A stretch of DNA of 57,428 bases, from assembly GCA_040386535.1 (NCBI GenBank), contig JAZKFH010000014.1, forward strand, positions 1 to 57,428, read 5' to 3'. Positions 55,659 to 57,428 of the stretch are shown here, piece by piece; the stretch's first letter is position 1; every line of letters begins with the position of its first letter. The translations under genes were made by a program, and so were the position numbers. Origin of the DNA: Myxococcota bacterium (lineage in GTDB: Bacteria > Myxococcota_A > UBA796 > SXON01). The notes beneath the pieces are model-generated. The model was given only the letters and a program-made list of their open reading frames with translations. It had not been told where the DNA came from and did not search any database.

Positions 55659-56951
55659 CTACGTCGCGGGCGCGCGCCGGAAGCTCCACGTCAACGCCGG
55701 CGGCGTGAGCAGCGTGGTGAGGATGACCATGATGACGACGGCGGTGAAGGTGCCGTCGTCGATGATGCGTTCGCCCGCCACGGTGAGGCCGAGGCCGATG
55801 TTTGCGAAGATGAGGCCGACCTCGCCGCGCGGGATCATGCCGAGGCCGACCGGCAGCTTGCGGATGGACTTGTCGAACACGCCCAACATACACACCTGCT
55901 TGCCGACGACCGCGGCGGCGGTGAGCGCCAGGGCGAGGCCGAGCACCTCGACGTGGGCGAAGGTGGCGAGGTCGACGCGGAAGCCCATCACGACGAAGAA
56001 CACGGGCGCGAGGAAGTGGGAAACGGGGTGGATGAGCTCCTCGAGTTGGTGCTCGCCCTTGTCCACGAACGGCTTGTAGTGGGCGCCTTCCAGGATGAGG
56101 CCTGCCGCGAACGCCCCGACGATGGGCGCGAGGCCGAACACCCCCGCGAGCCACGACAGGAAGAAGCAGAACGCGAGGCTCACACCCAGGAGCACGCCGC
56201 CGCCGCGCATCCGGGCGGCGTGGCGGTACAGGAACGGCGTCAGCAGCACGCCGAGGCCGACCGATCCGCCCAGGAACAACACCGCCTTGCCGATGATGAG
56301 CGCGATGGGGCCGAGCTCGGCCGCCACGCCCTGGTCGGCGGCGGCGATGATGCCGCTCACCGCCGCGAGCGCGACGAGCCCCAGGACGTCGTCGATTACG
56401 GCGGCGCCGAGGATGACCCGCGCCTCCTTGCTCTGGCTCTGCCCGATGTCGCGCAGCACGCGCGCGGTGATGCCGACGCTGGTGGCCGTGAGCGTGGCGC
56501 CGAGGAACAGGTGAACGTAGACCGAGTGGTCTGGCAACAGGACGACACCGACCCCGAAGCCGAGCAGCGCCGGCGCGACGACGCCGAGCACCGCGACCAC
56601 GAACGCCGAGAGCCCGACCCGCGCCATCTGCCCCAAGGTGGACTCGAGGCCGACCTCGAACAGGAGCACGATCACGCCGAGGTTGGCGAGCGCGTCGACG
56701 ATCGGATCGGTGCCGATGAAGTCGAACCCGGCGAAACCGAACAGGTCGAGGTTGCCGACGAGCACGCCCCCCACGAGCTCGCCGAGCACCGCGGGCTGCT
56801 TGAGCCGCTGCGCGAGGTCCGCGCCGAGCTTGGCCGCGAGCAGGATGATCGTGAGCGCGAGCAGCGTGGGGCCGAGCGAACCGTGCCCCTCGCTGGCGTG
56901 CGCGATGACGGGGAGCGCGCACAGGAACAGGGGGAGCAAACGAAACCGCAC
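55659..56951 (-). CDS. CPA2-family cation:proton antiporter
   Basis: QPAVLGEL, LLFEVGLE, ATSVGIT, AAVIDDVLG, GMIPRGEVG. Confidence 0.93.
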   Translation of the reverse strand: MRFRLLPLFLCALPVIAHASEGHGSLGPTLLALTIILLAAKLGADLAQRLKQPAVLGELVGGVLVGNLDLFGFAGFDFIGTDPIVDALANLGVIVLLFEVGLESTLGQMARVGLSAFVVAVLGVVAPALLGFGVGVVLLPDHSVYVHLFLGATLTATSVGITARVLRDIGQSQSKEARVILGAAVIDDVLGLVALAAVSGIIAAADQGVAAELGPIALIIGKAVLFLGGSVGLGVLLTPFLYRHAARMRGGGVLLGVSLAFCFFLSWLAGVFGLAPIVGAFAAGLILEGAHYKPFVDKGEHQLEELIHPVSHFLAPVFFVVMGFRVDLATFAHVEVLGLALALTAAAVVGKQVCMLGVFDKSIRKLPVGLGMIPRGEVGLIFANIGLGLTVAGERIIDDGTFTAVVIMVILTTLLTPPALTWSFRRAPAT

Positions 56952-56991
56952 GCGAGCCTCCGCGGACGGGGGCTTATCGCGGGGGTCGGGC

Positions 56992-57046
56992 GTCGGGGGT
57001 GGGAGTCGGGGGTGGGAGTCGGGGGTGGGAGTCGGGGGTGGGAGTC
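56992..57046. repeat. 13-bp G-rich tandem repeat (GTCGGGGGTGGGA)x4
   Basis: Directly visible. Confidence 0.9.
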
Positions 57047-57135
57047 CGAGCGGGGCAGACGGACCGCGCGGCGCGGCCGCTGCGGCGGCGGGGGTGGCGG
57101 GGGGTTGGGGGTGGGGGTTAGTGGTGGGGGCGCGA

Positions 57136-57288
57136 CCGTCCGAGGTCGGGGGATGCGCTTACATCCCCTCACTTGGGACGGTATATCCGTCCGAAATCGT
57201 GGGATACGCGGCTATCCCCTCACCTTGGACGGTATGTCCGTCCAGGGTCGGGGGATACACACACATCCCCTCACTTCGGACGGGATGT
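57136..57288. repeat. Second array (three units) of the 51-bp palindromic family
   Basis: Units at 57136, 57187, 57238; same CCGTCC..GGACGG arms and same GCGA lead-in as the 14705 array. Confidence 0.88.
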
Positions 57289-57428
57289 GCATCTGGGGGG
57301 GATGCCCGCCCACCGGCCAGCCCAGGGGCATCTGCCGCACGAATGCGGCGGTCATGGGCATGTGGATACACGGGGGCGTCGGCGCGGACGTCGCCTCGAT
57401 GGCCCTGCTCGGAGCCGCGCTCGGAGTC

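Overview
A 57.4 kb high-GC bacterial chromosomal segment, most consistent with a Myxococcota-type organism. Supporting signs are many lipoproteins with Asp-Thr linkers and DCDD/CNGxDDxCDG repeats, an FHA + Ser/Thr kinase-STAND-TPR pair and an M56-AgmX/TonB-C fusion. About 40 CDSs are supportable; no rRNA, tRNA, CRISPR array or intact transposase was recognised. Highlights: (1) a lipoprotein (1803-3356) ending in a complete, myocilin-like olfactomedin beta-propeller, a fold usually regarded as animal-specific; (2) a FAAL + free ACP + PfaA/PKSE-order type I PKS (KS-AT-ACP-KR-DH) fused to a PLP alpha-oxoamine synthase (44397-52828), a candidate assembly line for sphingoid-like amino-lipids, with a P450 downstream and an SCDase-like amidohydrolase elsewhere in the window; (3) a splicease-like radical SAM/SPASM gene divergent from a zinc-ribbon lipoprotein whose lipobox Cys is directly followed by Tyr-Gly; (4) an active/inactive metzincin lipoprotein paralog pair; (5) many non-coding structured elements: two arrays of a 51-bp palindromic unit with compensatory changes, two MITE-like elements sitting on stop codons, a dispersed ~156-bp multi-hairpin repeat, a ~300-bp duplication, and a duplicated TetR promoter/operator module. 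All functional calls come from motif recognition by eye; no searches were run.
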